From contig JAXLVX010000009.1 in the NCBI GenBank assembly GCA_046328795.1, positions 11,276 to 75,275 on the forward strand: a DNA stretch of 64,000 bases, in the 5' to 3' direction. Positions 61,945 through 64,000 of the stretch are shown one piece after another (position 1 is the stretch's first letter; each line of letters starts with the position of its first letter). This stretch comes from Anaerolineales bacterium (lineage in GTDB: Bacteria; Chloroflexota; Anaerolineae; Anaerolineales; Villigracilaceae). A program made the position numbers and the translations under genes. The notes beneath the pieces are model-generated. The model was not told the origin of the DNA. It did no database searches and was given only the letters and a program-made list of their open reading frames with translations.

Positions 61945-64000
61945 TTATTCATACGCCAACACCTCGCGGATGGTCAGCCGCGCCGCGTTGCGAGCGGGGA
62001 TGACGCTTGCGAGGGTCGAGAGCAACAAGACCAGCGCGAGCCAGATGACATATCCTTGATACGTGAAGACCACGTCAATTGCCGATTGGAAGATGGCGAG
62101 ACTGACGATGGTTGACAACAAATACGAGAACGGCACCGACAGGATCACCGCGAGAACGAACGACATCATACCGATGACGATGCCCTCCGCGATGACCGTT
62201 CGCATCACGGCGCGATCATCCGCGCCGATGGAACGCATGATGCCGATCTCGCGCGTGCGTTCGAGGACGTTCATGCCCATTGTGCCAGTGAGTCCCATCG
62301 AGCCGACGATGGCGGTGAGGACCGCCATGATGAGCAGGAACACGACCAACGTGTCGAGGCTTTCGACCGCCGTATCCAGCGACGCGCGTCCCGACTCTGC
62401 CACGCGGACTTTGAATCCTTGATCGCGGAAGAATTTATCCAACTCTTCGGCTTTGGCGTCTTGATATGCGCGGCTGTGTTCTTCCGTTTCGAGCCTGAAC
62501 GAATACGAACGATTCGCAAGGTTGTTCATCTGCGAAACATATTCATACGGCGCATACGCCAGCACGCCTTCGCGATCCATGAATTGAAAAATGCCGATCA
62601 CTTCCCACAACTCTTCACGCCCTTCGATCTTCAAATGCACTTGATCGCCGACCTTGAGAGTCGGGAAATATTTACGCGCGCTTTCGCTGATGGCAAGTTT
62701 GCGCACATCCTCCGCGCGAATCCAACGCCCCTCCAAAATGTTCGGCTGAACAAGTTTGCTGTTCGCGGGCGGACCGAACATGTTGAGGTTCTCCATCACA
62801 TCGCCATTCGCATCGAGCAACTCGCCGCTCACGAACTGCCAACCCTCCACGCGCTCCACGCCGTTCACTTTCATCGCAATCTGTTCGATCTCTCGCAAAC
62901 GATACGGCTCATCGAAATCCAGCGAAACATCGGCGGAAAAATATTTGGCGATCTGACCGATGTAATCATGCAACGACACGCGCACGTTGAACACCGCGAT
63001 AAAGATCGCGCCGCCCATCGTCAGCGTGAACAACGTCAGCATGAGACGGTTCTTTCTTCGGAATGTGTTACGCAACGAAATGACGAACGGACGCGGGATG
63101 TGGATTCCGCGCGCGGCAAGGATGCGCGTCGCTTTGACCTGAATCCGATCGAACCACGATGCTCGCTTCTCTTCGCCGTTTCGGGCTGGTTGCTCGTCGT
63201 CAGCCAACCCGCCGCTGAGAGCGCGCAACACCGTGATGCGCGAGCCGTTCATCACAGGCGCGAGTCCCGCAATGAGCGGAACGAACAAGCCCACAAGGAT
63301 TTGGATCAGGAACGCCAACGGCACAATGCGATAACCAAGCAAGTTGAAGTTCAGTTCGCTGGCGATGAATTCGGCGAGTCCATACGCGCCCGCGCCGCCG
63401 AACGGAACCGCGATCAGCAGCGCGATGACTCCGAACGCCATGATGAGCGCGATGTACATGCGGAAGACTTGATTCCGTTGCCCGCCCACGAGTTTGATCA
63501 CGCCGATGTGACGCAGATGCTGGTTCAACAACGCGCTCAACGTGTTGGCGATCAACGAACTGGAGAGGAACACGATCAAAATTCCCAACGCCAGCAGGAT
63601 GCCGAGAACCGCGTTGATCGTATCAGCCAGCGGATGCTTGTGCGATTCGGAAAACCGCGAACGGACCACGAGTTGTCCGTTCTTTTCGAGTTTGTCCTTC
63701 AACGCCGCCCCCACCTCGCGGACGTACGCAATATCGTCGCCGTCGCCCGTCACGGTGACCAACGTTCGGTTGAACGATTCAGGCTGACCGAGATAAGGAA
63801 GCGTGTCCATCGTGATGTAGCCTGTTGGCGAGGCGAGGAAATCTCCCGCCGCCGAAGCCGTGTCTTGCACGATGCCCGTCACTGGCAACGTTTTTGTCGA
63901 GCCGTCGGGGAGTTGAAACTCAAGCAGGTCGCCGACTTGCACATCCAAATCTTTCAGCGCGTTCTGTTCAAGCAAAACTTCACGCTTGTTCGGGATCGAG
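61945..64000 (-). CDS. ABC transporter permease (duplicated FtsX/MacB type), 5' end outside the window
   Basis: IGVIKLVG, NVLERTREIGIMRSIGA and PARNAARLTIREVLAYE. Confidence 0.92.
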   Translation of the reverse strand, partial: SIPNKREVLLEQNALKDLDVQVGDLLEFQLPDGSTKTLPVTGIVQDTASAAGDFLASPTGYITMDTLPYLGQPESFNRTLVTVTGDGDDIAYVREVGAALKDKLEKNGQLVVRSRFSESHKHPLADTINAVLGILLALGILIVFLSSSLIANTLSALLNQHLRHIGVIKLVGGQRNQVFRMYIALIMAFGVIALLIAVPFGGAGAYGLAEFIASELNFNLLGYRIVPLAFLIQILVGLFVPLIAGLAPVMNGSRITVLRALSGGLADDEQPARNGEEKRASWFDRIQVKATRILAARGIHIPRPFVISLRNTFRRKNRLMLTLFTLTMGGAIFIAVFNVRVSLHDYIGQIAKYFSADVSLDFDEPYRLREIEQIAMKVNGVERVEGWQFVSGELLDANGDVMENLNMFGPPANSKLVQPNILEGRWIRAEDVRKLAISESARKYFPTLKVGDQVHLKIEGREELWEVIGIFQFMDREGVLAYAPYEYVSQMNNLANRSYSFRLETEEHSRAYQDAKAEELDKFFRDQGFKVRVAESGRASLDTAVESLDTLVVFLLIMAVLTAIVGSMGLTGTMGMNVLERTREIGIMRSIGADDRAVMRTVIAEGIVIGMMSFVLAVILSVPFSYLLSTIVSLAIFQSAIDVVFTYQGYVIWLALVLLLSTLASVIPARNAARLTIREVLAYE

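Overview
64-kb window of a GC-moderate bacterial chromosome. Gene content and style suggest Chloroflexota (Anaerolineales-like); this is an inference. Housekeeping content includes ftcD, mfd, pth, pyrG, secG, ruvB and a complete 14-subunit nuoA-N complex I operon on the minus strand. A mostly plus-strand accessory block at about 25.5-41 kb carries an aldo/keto reductase, GNAT, MDR dehydrogenase, cysteine desulfurase-rhodanese fusion, two-component pair, M14 carboxypeptidase and an AT-rich stand-alone SIR2 protein. Many essential genes carry single-base frameshifts, and about 8-10 kb and 12.5-13.1 kb are garbled, which looks like unpolished long-read consensus rather than true pseudogenisation. 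No tRNA, rRNA, CRISPR array, integrase or transposase was recognised. The most striking feature is a dense set of at least six families of small palindromic or tandem repeats: GTAG-headed REPs, 33-nt double hairpins, TGTCATTGCGAG-type, CTGAGC-type and GGTCGAG-type palindromes, and 7-mer and 9-mer tandem arrays. They occupy most intergenic spacers, including every non-overlapping internal junction of the nuo operon, and also occur in frame inside ftcD, mfd (three times), nuoL and a PD-(D/E)XK nuclease. Several genes also show a -10 box exactly 6 nt before the ATG, consistent with leaderless transcripts.
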